In this document: positions 24,001 to 39,500 of the stretch, in pieces | How the letters are laid out: the number at the start of each line of letters is the position of its first letter | Numbering within the stretch: the stretch's first letter is position 1 | DNA from: Malacoraja senta | Lineage: Eukaryota | Direction of reading: 5' to 3' | DNA: 64,000 nt | Assembly (NCBI GenBank): GCA_038087875.1 | Contig: JAXLNO010002632.1 | Location: 186,001-250,000 of the forward strand | Made by a program: the position numbers and the translations under genes | Notes under the pieces: model-generated | Database searches by the model: none | What the model saw: only the letters and a program-made list of their open reading frames with translations | What the model was told of the DNA's origin: nothing

Positions 24001-27000
24001 CTGGCGTGTGGGCATGAGGCTGGTACACACTTGTGCTTGGCAATATAAATCAATCTGATGTAATCAGAACAACCAGGATAAATGGTTTGGAGAGCTAAAT
24101 AAACTTTTGGAGAATCAGGGCCATTCAGTCAGCTGCTCCCTGATCTCTGCTTTTATGCCAGATGTTGCCACCTGCTGTAATGTTTAATAATATGTTGATA
24201 GCTTTGCGGCTATTTTTACTACAACACCCAGCCATTGATGTTGAAAAATGTTTTTGGGTTTCGGACTCACCGTTTGTCAAGGATATATCTGTTCCTTGTT
24301 TCTGAACAGTGCTTGATTTTAATGCACTGTCAAAGACAAACCGTCCAACATGGTTCACGAGCTGCAGAGAAAATGACAAAATACAGAGGTTAATTCGCTT
24401 TATAGTTAAGATGAAATGAAGGCTGGCAGCCATATATCAACTAGTGAATTTTTTTAATTACAAATTGTTTCACACCTAATGAATTGCTGCTTAAGTGAAC
24501 GGTCTACCCTTTTTATTACGGACTTCTTAATAACAGATTTTTATGACAGCAGATAGTCTGTCCGCACAGTAATCAGACACCACTTTTTCTTTAAAAATAC
24601 GACTGCGTTACACTGCGGGAGTCACTGAAATGGACAAGCAATTACTTCTATCGAATACTTGCGCAATGATACTCTATTAAATAATGTAACAAACAGCCGT
24701 TAGCATTTTTTTACTTGCACTAACAAAAAAACATTTTTAACTGATAAAAAGCACTTTGTATTTGTAAACAACTCGTTGTTTCATGGAGTGACGTTATGTG
24801 GCTGGAGCGAATCCATTTCTCGGTTATAGCAGATAATCAGCAATAATGGACACTTCCCCCCCGGTCTGTTATAATGAGGGTTATCTGTATTCACTGTATT
24901 AGTGGAGGAAACACAGTAGTCAATTTGAACACAGCAACCTCCCATGAACAGTAATTTGGTAATAACCAGGTAATCTCTTTTAGTGACATTGTCTGAAGAA
25001 TACCTGTTGCCAGGATAGAGACTACCACCCACTTTTCTCAAAAATAGCTATTTTTATTGATGTCTTTCTGAGACATCAGACAGTACAATACATGTAATTT
25101 CTTGAAGAGAGCTGCCTATATTTGCAGCATTCCCATCCTAGGTTATATTTTCTCTTGCTCTCCCAAGTAATTATATGGCAGCCTCAGCTATTGCCTCCCA
25201 TAACTATTTGATGTCTTAAGATTATTAAACACCTACTATATGCATTATCATGCTTAATAGTTAAGTTAACTAGTTTTTAAACCACTGAGCTAATTCCTTG
25301 TAATTTCTGAAATAAAATGGCTTACTGTCTTAATGTATATTATGCATGTTTTCCTCTAGTGGCAATGTCCGTGGAGGATTGGTGAGTGATTCTGGAGGGC
25401 ATGCTTGTGATACTACTGCCTCCTGCAACACCCCCATCAGCCCACTATTGATACATATTAAACCATTATATTAATCATGCCATTTGTTGCATTGTATTTC
25501 TGATTTATGACAACTTTGGTCCTTTGAACATTTATTACCTTTGGATCTATCTGATCTTGAGTGGACATAGCCAAACCACCTGGATATCCAAATTGTTTGT
25601 GTGCCTTTTCAATTATTTCTCCAGAGATAGTAATGTGTCTAGAGTTGATTTTACAAACTAAGGTATGTAGATGACAAAATAGTTCCTCAAGTCGCTGCCT
25701 TTCTCCTCCTCCTGAAAAGCAAACATGGAGAGTTATAGATGTTAATAAATATTTGGCACAGTGACAATGTTGTATGACAAGGCTGGTACTGTGAAGGACA
25801 CAACGTGTTAGAGTAACTCAGCAAGTCAGGAAGCCTCTCTGGAGAATGTGGATAGGTGACATTTCAGGTCAAGACCCTCCTTTAGACTGATTGTGAATCG
25901 AAGGAGAAAACTGGAAGAACCCACGCGTTTCCCAAATACACTGTGTCTTGTTATCTCGGTGTTATATGGTGCTAATTTGCTCAAGAATTTACATTAGACT
26001 GTAATTGTATCATCTTTCTTCGCTTGTAAATGACACTTCTGATTGAATTTGTAGAATGGCTGTGATTTACATTCTGTGCTTAATTACTATTCTACCTTTT
26101 GATTAATGCATGTAATGGTGATATTAGATTGATCATAATTCATATTGCTGAAATTCAAGTTATAAATTCCAGTGGTTATTATTTATATGAAGCAATTACG
26201 CTTCATGGACTCATGGCTAGATAAAACTTGGGTCCTTCAAACCTCCTACCTCATACCTTTTAGCAAAGGCTTCCAACAAGGTAAAAAAAAAAATCTTGCC
26301 GTCCTCTAACGACCCCCCTCATGATCTGTCTGGCTACCACTCTGCCTCCTCTGCTCCAAAAAAAACAAGCTTAACCTATCGTATCTCTTCTATGTGAAAT
26401 GGTTCAAACCAGGCAACATCCTAGCGAAAAATAGTGTTGGACTCTTGATCCCATTTCCTTCATTTACCAGATATCTTATCTCAACTAACTCTCCCCTCCC
26501 CCGCCACCACCCGAACAATGCGAGACAGAATTCCCTTGGACCTCACCTTTCACCATATCAATCACTGCATCCACGATGTCAACCAATGTCATTTCTGCCA
26601 GCTGCAATGTGACCCCACCATCAGTCGCATCTTCCTCACCATTTCTGCTCTCTGCAAGGATCACCCTCTCCATGAGTCCTTGATTCTTTCACCCCTAGCT
26701 ACTAACCCCTCGTTGTACCCTAGCATTTTTATTTGAAACTGTATGCGCTGAAGTACTTTTCCCTACATCCTCTCACCACCATCCAAGGAGTCTAATAGCT
26801 CTGCACAGGTCAGACAAAGATTCACATGCCCCTCCTTTAACTTCGTCAACTATATTCAGTGCTCTGTATGTGGGCTCTATATCAATGAGACCAAGTGTAG
26901 GCTAGGCGCTTGTTTTGCAGAACGTAAGGAACGTGAGATACCAATTTGTTTTTCCTTTTCGCAATACTGGGCTTTTGAGCTGGTTGCTGTTGGTACAACG

Positions 27001-30000
27001 GATATATTTGTTACCTTTCATTGTGTCCAGAGGTTCATTATTAGTAGTGGTTGTGGTTTCCAACTTGTCTACTGTTACCCATTTTCCTTCTATACTTGGG
27101 CATTCGTAAGAGTTTAAACATTCTAACATATCCTAAAGTAAAAAAGAAACATTTTTGGAAGATTTAGAATCTAAAATTCAATAGAATTCGCAACTATTCT
27201 TGAATGACATCAGAAAGCCTATCCTCACACAAAGGGTAATGGAAATCCCATGTCTCTTGAATTTCCTAGTGCCAATTCTATGAAATTGACAAGTATTTTT
27301 CTGGAAAAATATATCGAGGAATATGAAGTAAAAGGAACTTGAATTATAAATCAAACAAAACCTAAATGAAGTTGAGAAATAAAACTAGATTAGAACCAAG
27401 TAGGTTGTCTTTCTACCCTGTAATTTGGTGGCAGTGAATGGGTAAAGAAGGACGGTTATGGTTGCGGATTGTCAAAGGAGGGGCAAAGAGCCTCAGGACA
27501 TTTTGGTGTGGGACAGAGATGTGGAGAGATAAGTTGCCTAAATTGAACTTGAGACATCCGGGGTCAGGAAATTATCAAAGTCAGTGAGGACATCAGAAGT
27601 GTCATGGATGGAAGTGAAAAGAGTTTGAACAATGAGAGAAGGAATAGGAAGCAACTGGACTAAGACAGGGTGAAATAATTGATCCATTAGAGTTTGTTCT
27701 GCTTGTGGATCTGAGTGTGAAGTAGAAGTGAGTTGTGAATGACCTGAAAACTGAATAGGATAACAGGAGATGAATTATAAAAATGTACAGGGATGATTTC
27801 ACATCAGAGTTGAGTGGGATTGAATAGAACAGGTCTCCATTCTCTCGTCATTTGGGGCTCATAAAGGTGGATGATGAGATGTTACCCTTGGATGGAGAAT
27901 CTTGAACTAGGGGAACAAGCTCTAGATAATGATAAGATTTGACGTTAAGATCAGGAGGAATTTCTTCATTTAGGGGCTAAGTCACGTTATGAAATTCTCT
28001 GATGTTCAAATCAATGAGCACACCAAACAAGACTGAGACTGATAACATTTGTGATCTGGGGAAATTAAACATTATGCAGAATTGTGATTAATCAGCGACC
28101 ATCCTGTAGAAGGGTGGGTCAGATTTGAGCGGCTGTATGCCTAATCCTTCTCTTATTTCATGATCTTAACTATCAACACTCAACGTTTCAGCATCAGCTA
28201 TGATTTTTTGAACTGTAATATAATGTAATGACTGAATTATTTCAGACTTTTAATAACAATATGTATTATTACTGTGGAGGTTATCTTGCAAGATTTTTGA
28301 CCTTATTTTTAAAATTCAATAGTTAAAAAAGAAAAGCATTTTGAACCTTTAGCTCCTGCATCTGATGGCTGATATGTCGATAAAATGCCTGCAGGTCACT
28401 CTTCTGTTTATTCAGCTGAGAAGCAAGGTGTAGATTCTGGTCCTCCAGCTTATCAAACAAGGTGCGGACACTAAAATCCTCCAGTTCAATCTCCTGTGCT
28501 CTTTTAGCTGTTAAAACATAAAACCTGTAAAATACCTGTTCTTGTACATTAATAAACAGTTGACTATATAATGCAGTGATGTTTTCAATCTTTAAAGGTG
28601 CTGAATTCTGATATTTGTTCCCTTCCCAAGTTAATTCAATACCAATAAAACAAAAATAATAATGACAAACAAAATGTACAATTCGGTACTGCCCTTAATG
28701 TCCTCCAGTTGCTCCAAACCTTCAGTCCTGCAGAATGCTGTAACTCTGGGACATAGGTAAATATAGGGGTGAGTTTGGACAAGAATTTAGAAATGTGATC
28801 TAATATTTGACTTTTTTTTTTTAAATGTGAAAAGTATGCATGAAAGCAATAGGATAAATCTTGTGAATTATTATTTTTATGTGAAACCATACATGAAGCA
28901 GGACAACAGTTTGGCACTTCAATGATCAATTCACCTGAATACAACTGTGGTTTTCCTGATATCCCTTACACAACTAATAAAATCTTAAGTTATCACTGTG
29001 TTTACTCCCTTCGCAGATTGGAGATGACAAATGTGATTTATGATCCAGGATTAAATTCTGAAACTTGGTTGCACTTGTGGTTTTTTTTTAAAGATGGCAC
29101 TGTCGACAGTGGGAGAACTCAAGCCATTTTGGAGGTGGATCAATATGGAACTGCATGGATGCAGAGAGACTTTATCTGGAATCCGTTGGAGTTTTGTGAT
29201 GGGATCATCTCCAATACCCAGCAGTGACAAACTCATGGCATTCAGCATGAAGAGCGTAGTCTCCCAGTTCTATAGAACCTTCTCTGAGAGCTTGGTGAGC
29301 GTCAGCCCTCTGGTCTTTTCATCTACGTTAGTCCAGCACTTTGTGTTTTCTTTTGTAAACCAGCATCTGCAGTTCCTTGCTTCTGAAGATCTGAACCCTG
29401 TGGTGACGCTAAATCCTATGGATTTTTATTTTCATAAAAATATTCTTACAAACAGAAGTACTGTTAAATAAATGAGCTGCTAAATAAATGGGTGAAATTG
29501 ATGGAAAATATGCCGATAATAGTCGTAAGGCATCCTATTAATATAAGAAGGCTGGAGAGTAGCTACTTTGTTATTACCTATTATGTGGGTTGACTCTTCT
29601 GTTTCTGCTCCTTCTCCAGCCCCTCGGGGTCCAAGAGCTTCATAGAAATCCAAGCTAAGAGAAAATATTGCATGTTGTCACTGAACTGATTTAACGCACA
29701 AACCACAAGGAAATCCACAGTCCCACAGCCCCACATGACCTGAGTTTGATCCTGGCCTGTACTGATGTCTGTATGAAATTATCCTTGTCAATGTGTATGT
29801 CTCCTGAGTGTTTCAGTTTCCTCCCACACCTCAAAAAATGTGTGGGCAGGTAGGTTAATTGGTCACTATAGATAGTACCTAGTGTACAGATGAGAGGTGG
29901 AATGTGGAGGAGTTAGTCATGGAGTTTTACAGCATAGAAACAGGCCCTTTGGTTTAACTTGTCCATGCCAGCCAAGTTGTCTTCCTGAGCTAGTCGCATT

Positions 30001-30512
30001 TGCCTACTTGTGGCCTATATCCTTCTGAGCCTTTATCATCCATGTACCTGTAAGAATGTCTTTCAAACACTGTATTTCTTCCCATCTCTACAGCTTTCTC
30101 TAGCAACTGGTTTCATATACCCAATATCCTCTGTGTGATGTATTTGCCCCCAGGTCCTTTTAAATTCTTTCCCCTCTTCCCTTCACTCTATGGCTTTAGA
30201 CTTCCCTATCCTGGGAAATAAACTGTGATCATCCACTATATCCATGCCCATCATGATTTTGTATACCCCTTTATGGTTAACTGCTCTGCTCCAGGGAAAT
30301 AAAAACTCATTGCCTAACCAATTTTTATTTATAACTCAAGTCCTCCAGTACTGTAACATCCTTGTGAATCTGTTCAGTACCCTTTCTCAATTAATGGGCC
30401 ATCTTGGTTGAAACGAGCAAGATGGGCCAAAGGGTCTGTTTCCATGCGGTGCAACTCTATTTTGTTTGAACTTAGGTTCAAATGACAACAAATAAATATA
30501 TATCTATCTAAA

Positions 30513-30543
<31 letters not shown>

Positions 30544-33500
30544 AACTCTAAGAAACAGTCATTTGGTCTGATGGAAAGGCTCTGTCAATAGTTCCATCAA
30601 TAGGCCATCGTTGGTAGTGAAACAAAGAGAATTTCTCAGATGGAGGAAGCACACTACAATAGCCAAGGTTATGCTGCATTAGGGAACCAACTATGCCAGC
30701 CTTTACCAAAGGCATTCACAAACCAGGAAATGTTATGACATTACTTTGCTCCTCAAAGGACTGAATACTTTAGCTGCCACAAAGAGTTTCCTAGATAAAT
30801 ATGTTATTTCCTTAAGTGTCAAAGAAAATCATAGGACCACATCCTAAAACAAGGGATGATCTTTGTGGATTTCACCTAATTATCAGAACTGTGTGGTGCT
30901 AGTTTTTGATTAGTTGAAGCTTTACTGATTCAGCTCCCTCTTGCTTACCTATCTTTCATTACAACATATCCAGGTGGGATGTAAGGTTCCCCCAAACTGC
31001 GCCATTTTGGTTTCCACTTCTGCATGGGATTTAATGAAGACTGGTCAGGCTTCAACATCAGGGCTGCCACTGTGAACATTGCAGTCATCACAGCCAGGAC
31101 ACTAAGAGTTCCTGAAGCAAACACCAGGAAACATATATTAACATTCCTGTTTCTCAATTATATAAATCAACTATATAAAGGTTTAAGGACTGAAACAAAA
31201 ATTGCAAGTCATCATAAAGCATTGATCAAACTCAATAATGTATATGATTATTATATCATGTAAAAATATTGCATGCTAAATGAATATTCCAGGTGTAACA
31301 TTGTCTTTTTAAGACATAAAGGTCATTTGTGAAAAATAGTTTAATATTAACAGTGGCACAGTGGTAGAGTTGCTGCCTTACAGTGCCGGAGTCCCGGGTT
31401 CGATCCCGACTACGGGTGCTGCGTGTACGAAGTTTGTACATTCTCCCCGTGACCTGCGTGGGTTTTCTCCGAGATCTTCGGTTTCTTCCCACACTCCAAA
31501 GACGTACAGATATTTAGGTTAATTGGCTTGGTGCATGTGCAAAATTTGTCCCAAGTGTGTGTAGGATAGTGTTCTCTAGTTTTCATAAAACATAGGATTC
31601 ATGTGTAAAAATGGAAATTCTTGCTTTCCAATAGAAACTACTACAAGGGACCTTATCTAGGTTCCTTCCAGGTACAGTCCAGAGATTTGCATGCATGACA
31701 AGGATTTTTACACATCCAAGTAAATTGATGTCCTGTTGCTTGTTTGGTTGTGATATTTAACTCACTGCTGTATCTAGCCTTTAAGGTCACGCACTCCCCG
31801 TGGTGATCTACATAATTGCTACAGCTTGCAAATTTCTCAGGTTCACTCCAAGATTAATTGTGCTGGACTGAATCCAGTCATTTACCAGCATGGTTTGTTA
31901 TGCAGGTGGGCAATCAATGGACTGATTGTACGTGTGTGAGAGATGCATATTGAAAGAAGTAAATATCAATTAAATCTCAATTCTATCATTGGTGAGAAGG
32001 CTTTAAAGTTTCTTGTTTACAATTTAACTGCATTGCTGGAGTGTTATCTCGGTCACTGGAACTCATCCTCTCTCACCACTTATAGATGTGATTTTTGTTG
32101 CTGTAAGTAGGATTATAATTGTGGTGGAATGATCCGAGTAAATGTATCAACGTGTTGGCTCATTGTGTTCTGGGGATTGTCAAGTCTTTTCAGAATGGCC
32201 ACTATTTCTGAAGTTAATCAGAATCCTGAGTGGAGTTGAATGGGTGGTGAATCTGTGGAATACTTTGCCACAGAAGGCTTTGGAGGCCATCAATGGAAAT
32301 TTTTAAGGCAGAGATCGATAGATTCTTGTGTAGGAAGGGATTGCAGATGCTGACTTAAACCGAAGATAGACACCAAAAGCTGGAGTAACTCAGCGAGACA
32401 AGCAGCATCTCTGGACTCAGACTGCTTAAAGCAGGATGTCTATGTTAAATCTTGAACCAGGGAACTGACTGGGGTTTCAGACTACGTTTTGAAACTCTAT
32501 CAGTTACCTCATATTTTATGGATTACTTCTAAGAGGAATTATTTTTTACATTACAAAATTAGAACAATAGGACATAAAATGCTGGAGTAACTCAACAGGT
32601 CAGGCAGCATCGCTGGAGAACATGGATAGGTGACATTTCCGATCAGGGCTGTTCTTCAGACTCTCCTCGAATTAGGATTAGATTTCTGGAGAAGTTGAAA
32701 GGAGCTGAAATGTTGCCTATCCATGTTCTCTGGAAATATTGCCTGACCGGCTGAGTTACTGCAGCACCTTTTGTCCTTCTTTGTAAACCAGCACCGGCAG
32801 CTCCTTGTCTCTACTCTAAAGCTAGAACAATGTTTACCTGTAATGAAGACCCAGTCTGGTGTCAGGTTGAGATGTTGTCGTTTTAGAATTCCATGTCTCA
32901 ACAGTTGGAAGGGAGAGGATGGCTGGACAGATAAAGCAGCGTCACATTCTGCACTAAACCTGCTGACACTTACAATCAGTGTGCGCTCAGCTTCTGCATT
33001 ATCATGAAAGACGAACTTCCCAGGTTCCATGAAAGCATGTGCAAATCTAGTGTAAAGGAAAATAGTGTTATTCCAGCTATATTCATGATAATGTTTCAGA
33101 CGCAGGGGTAAGCCTTTCAGCCATTTCTGCCTGCACTCCCTGTCATGACTGACACATTAACAGCTCTAATTACATGAACTAACCACTAATTCTTAGATTC
33201 CATCAACGTTTAAAAATTCATCAATTTTTTACATTTCATATACATTACAACTGAGACTCCAGTCCTCATAGATAGAGAATTCCATAGAGAACCCCCCTTC
33301 CTCCCTGTGAAAAAAATATTTTTGGATGGCCAAGCACCTACATGGAGACTATGACTAGATATCCAGCAACCAGCCAAGTAAAACACCATTCTTGTATCTA
33401 TTCTGTTAAGCCCCATAACAATTTTCAACGACATCTCATTGGCTCAATTCACCTTGATCGTAAAACCCATCTCAGCAATCAATCTGACGAAGCCACAGTA

Positions 33501-36500
33501 CAGTCCCACTGTTGCAAGGATACCCTTCCTTAGGTAGGGAGCCCCGACCTGCATACCATATTTCAAGTGCAATCATACTGGGGCATGATATAATGGTGGT
33601 AAAATATCTGTGAAGTGCTACATTTTATACACAAAGTCCGAGTTAGTGATGGTGTATGATGTCAAATTTACTGCTGAGCAAATTCTCTGGCACTAAAAAA
33701 TTACTGAAGTGACTTATAATTCCAATAAATATTTCAGAACAATGGATTTTAAAATAAAAATAAGTTAAATTTATAATATCTTGGCTTCTACCTTAATCTT
33801 ATACATTCCATCTTTAGTCAGTGTTATATGAAATATGATTAGAACTGGTTTGCTGTTAACGACAAAGCTGTAATATGATTCTCAGTTAATTTAGCATGAT
33901 GTCTTCATGGTTGCTGGATACCAAGAATTCTTTGAATTAAATGCATGGTGGTGCAGCGGTAGAGTTGCAGCGCCAGAGACGTGGGTTCGATCCCGACTAC
34001 GGGTGCTGTCTGTATGGAGTTTGTACATTCTCTCTGTAACTGCATGGTTTTTCTCTAAGATCTTCGTTTTCCTCCCACACTCCAAAGATGCAAAGGTTTG
34101 TAGGTTAATTGGCTTGGGTTTGTATACTTCGTATAAGTGTAAATTGTCCTTAGTATGTGCCGGTTAGTGTTAATGTGTTGGGATCACTGGTCAGCGTGGA
34201 CTCGGTGGACCGAAGGGCCTGTTTCTGTGCTGTATCTCTACAACTAAACTAAAAAAAAGGGAAGACCAGGCAGGAGCGATTGGAGTGGGAATAAGAGAAA
34301 CAAGGGGAGAGAGAGTGGATGGTTCGAGTGATAGTGAAGAGTGGGTGTGAGTGATAGTGAGAAAGCGAAAGGCTAAGGATGAGAGTGATGTGAGTGAAAG
34401 CACAAATGTGCACCAATGCCAGAGAATGCATTTGAATGTCCGTTAGTCCGCTAGTTTCATAACCAGGATACTCCCTGCTGTGGCATCAAGTCTATAATTG
34501 TGCTACTTCACCAGAGTTTAGAGCTTAAGAATAGTCAGATTAGAAACTACTTTCTGACTGGCAGTAAATAAAACACTTTATTGTACAACTATCAATCAAG
34601 GACAAACACATGAGGTTACAGATATGGAATATGGTCACCTGGTGATGTTGACATTAGTTTCTCTGATAAAATAATCCAACTTCCTGAAGGATCCAAAATC
34701 CCACTCTGAATTTGTGTTGAACAGGTGGTCTTTTTGGTAAACAGGGTAGTGACCCAAACTTCGATCTGACAAAGAGAATTAAAGAAAGACTGCTTATTAT
34801 GAAAGATACGGCCAGTCCAAAGTGGTTAACTGAATGTAAATAGGGCCTCAATACCATATTAATGAAAGGCCAAAGTAAGTTTCTATTTGTTGTTTAAACA
34901 TATTCTGCTCTGGTCCACCAACCTGCACTTCAACCAGGAATGCATAATGTGTGTGTTGCTAGAAGACCAATTCATGCAATATTGTTGCATATTTTATATT
35001 TCTCTAAAATATTCTTACAATATAGATGTCTCATTTGGTCCATTGAGTCTATGCCACTTTCAGAACATTCTTATCAATTCCCCATCTATTTTCTGTGACC
35101 CTGTTCTCTCCCTATGTCTGTCAACACTCTCTCCCTCACCAATTTATCTGCCACTCTCCTATGTAAACGGGCAAACTCCCATAGCCAATTTATCTACCAG
35201 CACACCTTCGAGGTGTGGGTGGAAACCCATCCAGTCATTTGGGGAACATGCAAACTGCACATTGACAGTGCTCGACGTCAGGATTGAACCTGGCTTGCTG
35301 CATCTCTGGAGAACCTATCCATGTACTCCAGAGATGCTGCCTGATCTGCTGAGTTACTCCAGCACTTTGTGTCCTTTTGTGTATTAACGAACATCTGCAG
35401 TTCCCTGTTTCTACATCGATACTCACTGCTTTGGTGGATGTTGAGCTTGAAGAGGATCAAGTCATTTGGTTTTAGGCAGACAATGGGGTTTGGAATTTTG
35501 TGAACTCCTCCATGCAACTTTGTGGAAGTGGTCCTTTGCACGTGTCCTCGTGTTTTTGGCCGATGCTGTGGATGTCCAACTATTTCAGGCTGCTCTGTCT
35601 CTGCACAGGTAAAGATGAAAGACAATGTTTAAGAATGGATTGTAATCGCACTGATGAAATACACATAAAGGATTATTTGTTGATCAAATTAGGTTTTAAA
35701 CTAGGCTTTGAATACAAAACAAATAAACAGCGTTCAGGCTGCCTTCAACACTTACTAATGAGGTACTGAGGTACACATCAAATGCACACTTGTTAATTCA
35801 TACCCAGAAGACTGATCTTACATAGTGGCAAGGCCAGCTAAAAGGCAAAACACTGTACATCAATAGGGCCTTGTGTGCAGAACTGTAGAACAGGCTCTTG
35901 CCTAAATCAGCTATAAAAACCAACAACCAGAAAAGCCACACGCCCAGTTGTCCAGTTACCAAGGATGACGTCTTGAATGCTTCTCAAAGTTACTAACGTG
36001 CTTGAACATTCAAAGATGATTAAAGATCATACAAGTACGACAAATTTATGGTCCATTGTAAGAATTCACATTCAGTAGATGAGCATGGCCAAAAAATGAT
36101 CAGTGGAACTTTGTAGTAAACTTGAGACTTCTGGAATTGTGCAGAATTTCTCACATTTCGCAGCAAGCTGTCACCCACCAATAGGCAGGCTGTTAACATG
36201 AAATCAAATCTCTTTTGCATTGCAGAATAAACCAAGATAATCCTATATTTAGCCATAATTGGACCATTCATTTAAATTAAATAAACTGCAAACCTTTCTG
36301 ACAGGGAGATTGCAATAAAGCAAAGGACTATCATACAGTTAATGCACCAGACTAGCTTCACCTAATGTTGTCTGATTAAATTTAATAAGGTTCTCCAATG
36401 TTTACTTCATCAAACTAGACAATTGAAAGCTTTAAGAAAGGTCATAATTCATTCTTGGCTGGAATGATACATTACAATGTAATCTCCCATGAGTTGCATT

Positions 36501-39500
36501 GAACTGAGAGCAAGCTTATGAATAATGATCATTATAGTAGATACGACAAAGGCATTTAGGTGGCTTTTGGATCTGCAAGTGGATATACATGGAATGCAGA
36601 GAGATGGATCATGTTGAGGCAGAAGAGAGTAGTTCAACTTGGCATTATGTTCAGCGTAGACATTGTGAAATAAAGGGTCTGTTTCTGGACTGTACTGTTC
36701 TATGTTCTATATCAGCTTTCTCCTCTTTGGCTATTTTCCTGGGTCTGATTCTTTTGCTCAGGTTCTCTAAATAACGTGACCAATCATGACAGAATCCCTT
36801 TTATTTCACTATGGACTGATCAGATGGGTTGTTCTGATAGTAAAACATTTTGTCCTTTAGGCATTTCACTTGAAAACCCAGCTTCTCCTCTGTACTAGAG
36901 GTGTCTTTCATTTATTTTAAAAACACATTTTCTTTACTCAAAGCCCAAGTGATTATGAAGATAATTTAAATGTATTAATAGATCAATTGGGATTGCTCAA
37001 TGTTGGAGAGATAACATGCAAAATCCAATGGACAACTAACTTCACCTAGTGTTTATGGGCTGTAACTGCAGACACCTAATACACAGACATCTGGTGTTAG
37101 TTAGAACTGTTTGCACAAACGTTTTCAATGTATAATATTGATAGAGTTATCATGATCATAGGGAGTACATTTTATGAATATATTTATCCACATTTTAATG
37201 TAACTGTAGCAGCGTACTCTGGTGCTTGAAAAGATGCTTGAAAAGATCTATAAAAATGATGCTTAAAAAGATCTATAAAACAAGTGAATTACTTAAATTG
37301 TGCAAAGATGTTCCATTTTGTCAGGCAGTGACATTTAAAAGATTTTCCCGTTACACTATAGACAAACTGTAATAGTTGGTTTGAAATAATTGTTACGAAA
37401 TTCATGCCAAAGCCACAGTAAATTATTTTTGTATGTTCTCTGTATCTCTGATTGTTGCATTCGACCATTATCAGTCACATTCCAGTCAGCTTATGCTTCA
37501 GTTACTGACCTGCGAGGAACTCCTCAACTGCATTCTTTCCCGATAAAATCCAACCAAAAATTCCAGCAGGCTCAAAGTGAATGAACTGGACTCTCACACT
37601 GTCTTCAGGTTTACTGTGTTCATCTGGCCCAAGCACGTCCGCCACAACCTGAGAACATAAAACACATCAAAAACGCTTGCCAAGGCAAAAAGTCACTAGA
37701 TTAAATGCGTACCATTTTTAGTTTAATCTCTCTTTTTATTTTAACTTGCGTTAACCAGGAAATCTGCAGTTGATTGAATTATCATGTTCATTCACTTGAC
37801 TGCTCATTAGAAATCTATTTCTAGTCGGGTGCAATAATCGCAAAATGCACCCTGGAAAGAAAGATCTAATCTCCTGTCAAATATTACGATATAATTGCTA
37901 TTACCTTCTGGGATCCTGTCTGGTACCCGTGTACAATTCTATAAAAACAGAACAATAACTCAGAAGGCATCAGTTTGTTTATACATGCTTTGTAAAGATG
38001 AAGTCTTACTAACGGCAGAGTGCAAGAGCATGGAAGAATTGATGCTAGAGGGAACAGTAAGATGATATTTTTATTGTCTCACCCACTCTTTCTGGTCCTT
38101 GGCCATTCCATTTTGAACGGTTAAAACAAGTTTTCCATTTGTTCGGGTACCTGCAGAAATATTCAGAGTTCTAGCCACACAAACTCTGTCACAGAGCTCC
38201 TCAGCAGAAATGTAATTATTACAATGACATCTGGAATGTAAGAGAAAGCTTGTGCATTAAAATTCCAGATGGAATATAAATCCATGACTTAAGCTTTGAC
38301 AACAAAATGTACATAAATTGTTAGTAAACTGTGTTCAGTTTTCTTTTCTCTACTTCACCTCCTTTCTTCAAAAAGTATGCAAGAACTTAATGGTTGAGAT
38401 CTTATGACAGCTAAATACTCTCCTGTGCTTTATCCAAAGTTCATGCTCAAAGCTCCAGCCTTGACCACATGCTTAATTTCCAGAAAGAGCGATTGGATGG
38501 TTTGTCTACCTAAAACTGATTTTCCCCATTCCGCAGTTCAACACAACCAATTGCAGTTCAATTATTTCCGTGGAAAAGATCAGCCAACTTAAGGTTCCTG
38601 ACCTGAAACATCTCCTGTCTAATCCATCCATAAATGATGCCTGACCCATTCAGTTCCTCCAGCACTTTGTGTTTTGCAATCTAAATAGCTGTTTCATTCA
38701 CTGAATAATTGGAGTCACTGATGTCTCTTTTAGTCACCATTGCAATAATCCATCCAGAACTATTGTGCTGTCTTCAGATGCTTAAAATTGTTCTATGATC
38801 ATTACTCTCATAACACTTACCATTCCACCAAAGGGAACAAATGGCTTGTCAGTTGTTCATTCTAAACATGGGAATGAATGAATTTTGTTAGCCAAAGGTA
38901 CTTGGGGACTTGGGGCAAATGCAAGTCTTTGTAGTTAAGATGTAAATACCAGGATTCTCATTGAACAGATCAGGTTCAGAGAGCTGTGGTTCTTTCTAAG
39001 TAAACAAGTACATTCAACTCAAGGGGATCCTCACCAGAGCCTTTGATAATTGGTCAATGCTCTCTCGTGCAGCTAATCCATTCTGACGTGAGCATTCAGG
39101 CAGAAAATAATTCCCCTCCTCCCACCCCATGAGTTGCATGTTTGTCATGCATTACAGATCTGAATAAACCAATAGCTTTAGTCAATCACAAGTAGTTTAT
39201 TTGAAATAACCATGCAGGGCAGCACAGCGGTAGAGTTGCTGCCTTACAGAGCTTGCAGCGGCAGGGACCTGGGTTCGAACCCAACTATGGGTGCTGTCTG
39301 TACGGAGTTTGTACGTTCTCCCCATGACCATGTGGATTTTCTCCGAGATCTTTGGTTTCCTCCCACATTCCAAAGATGTACAGGTATGCAGGCTAATTGG
39401 CTTGGTGTATGTGTAAAAAAATGTCCTTAGTGTGTGTAGGATAATATTAATATTCAAGGATCGCTGGTCGACGTGGACTCGGTGGGCCGAAGGGCCTGCT

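Noticed and set aside
25326-25422. Exon-like segment (ttgcag...gtaagc) just after exon a25
   Set aside because: Stops in all three frames and a G-rich, pyrimidine-poor acceptor; at most a decayed or poison exon.
29070-29310. Possible Tx1/L1 ORF2 fragment
   Set aside because: Looks repeat-derived, but no diagnostic motif allowed a supported call.
31351-31420. tRNA gene
   Set aside because: A/B boxes belong to tRNA-derived SINE heads that continue into SINE body; no complete cloverleaf.
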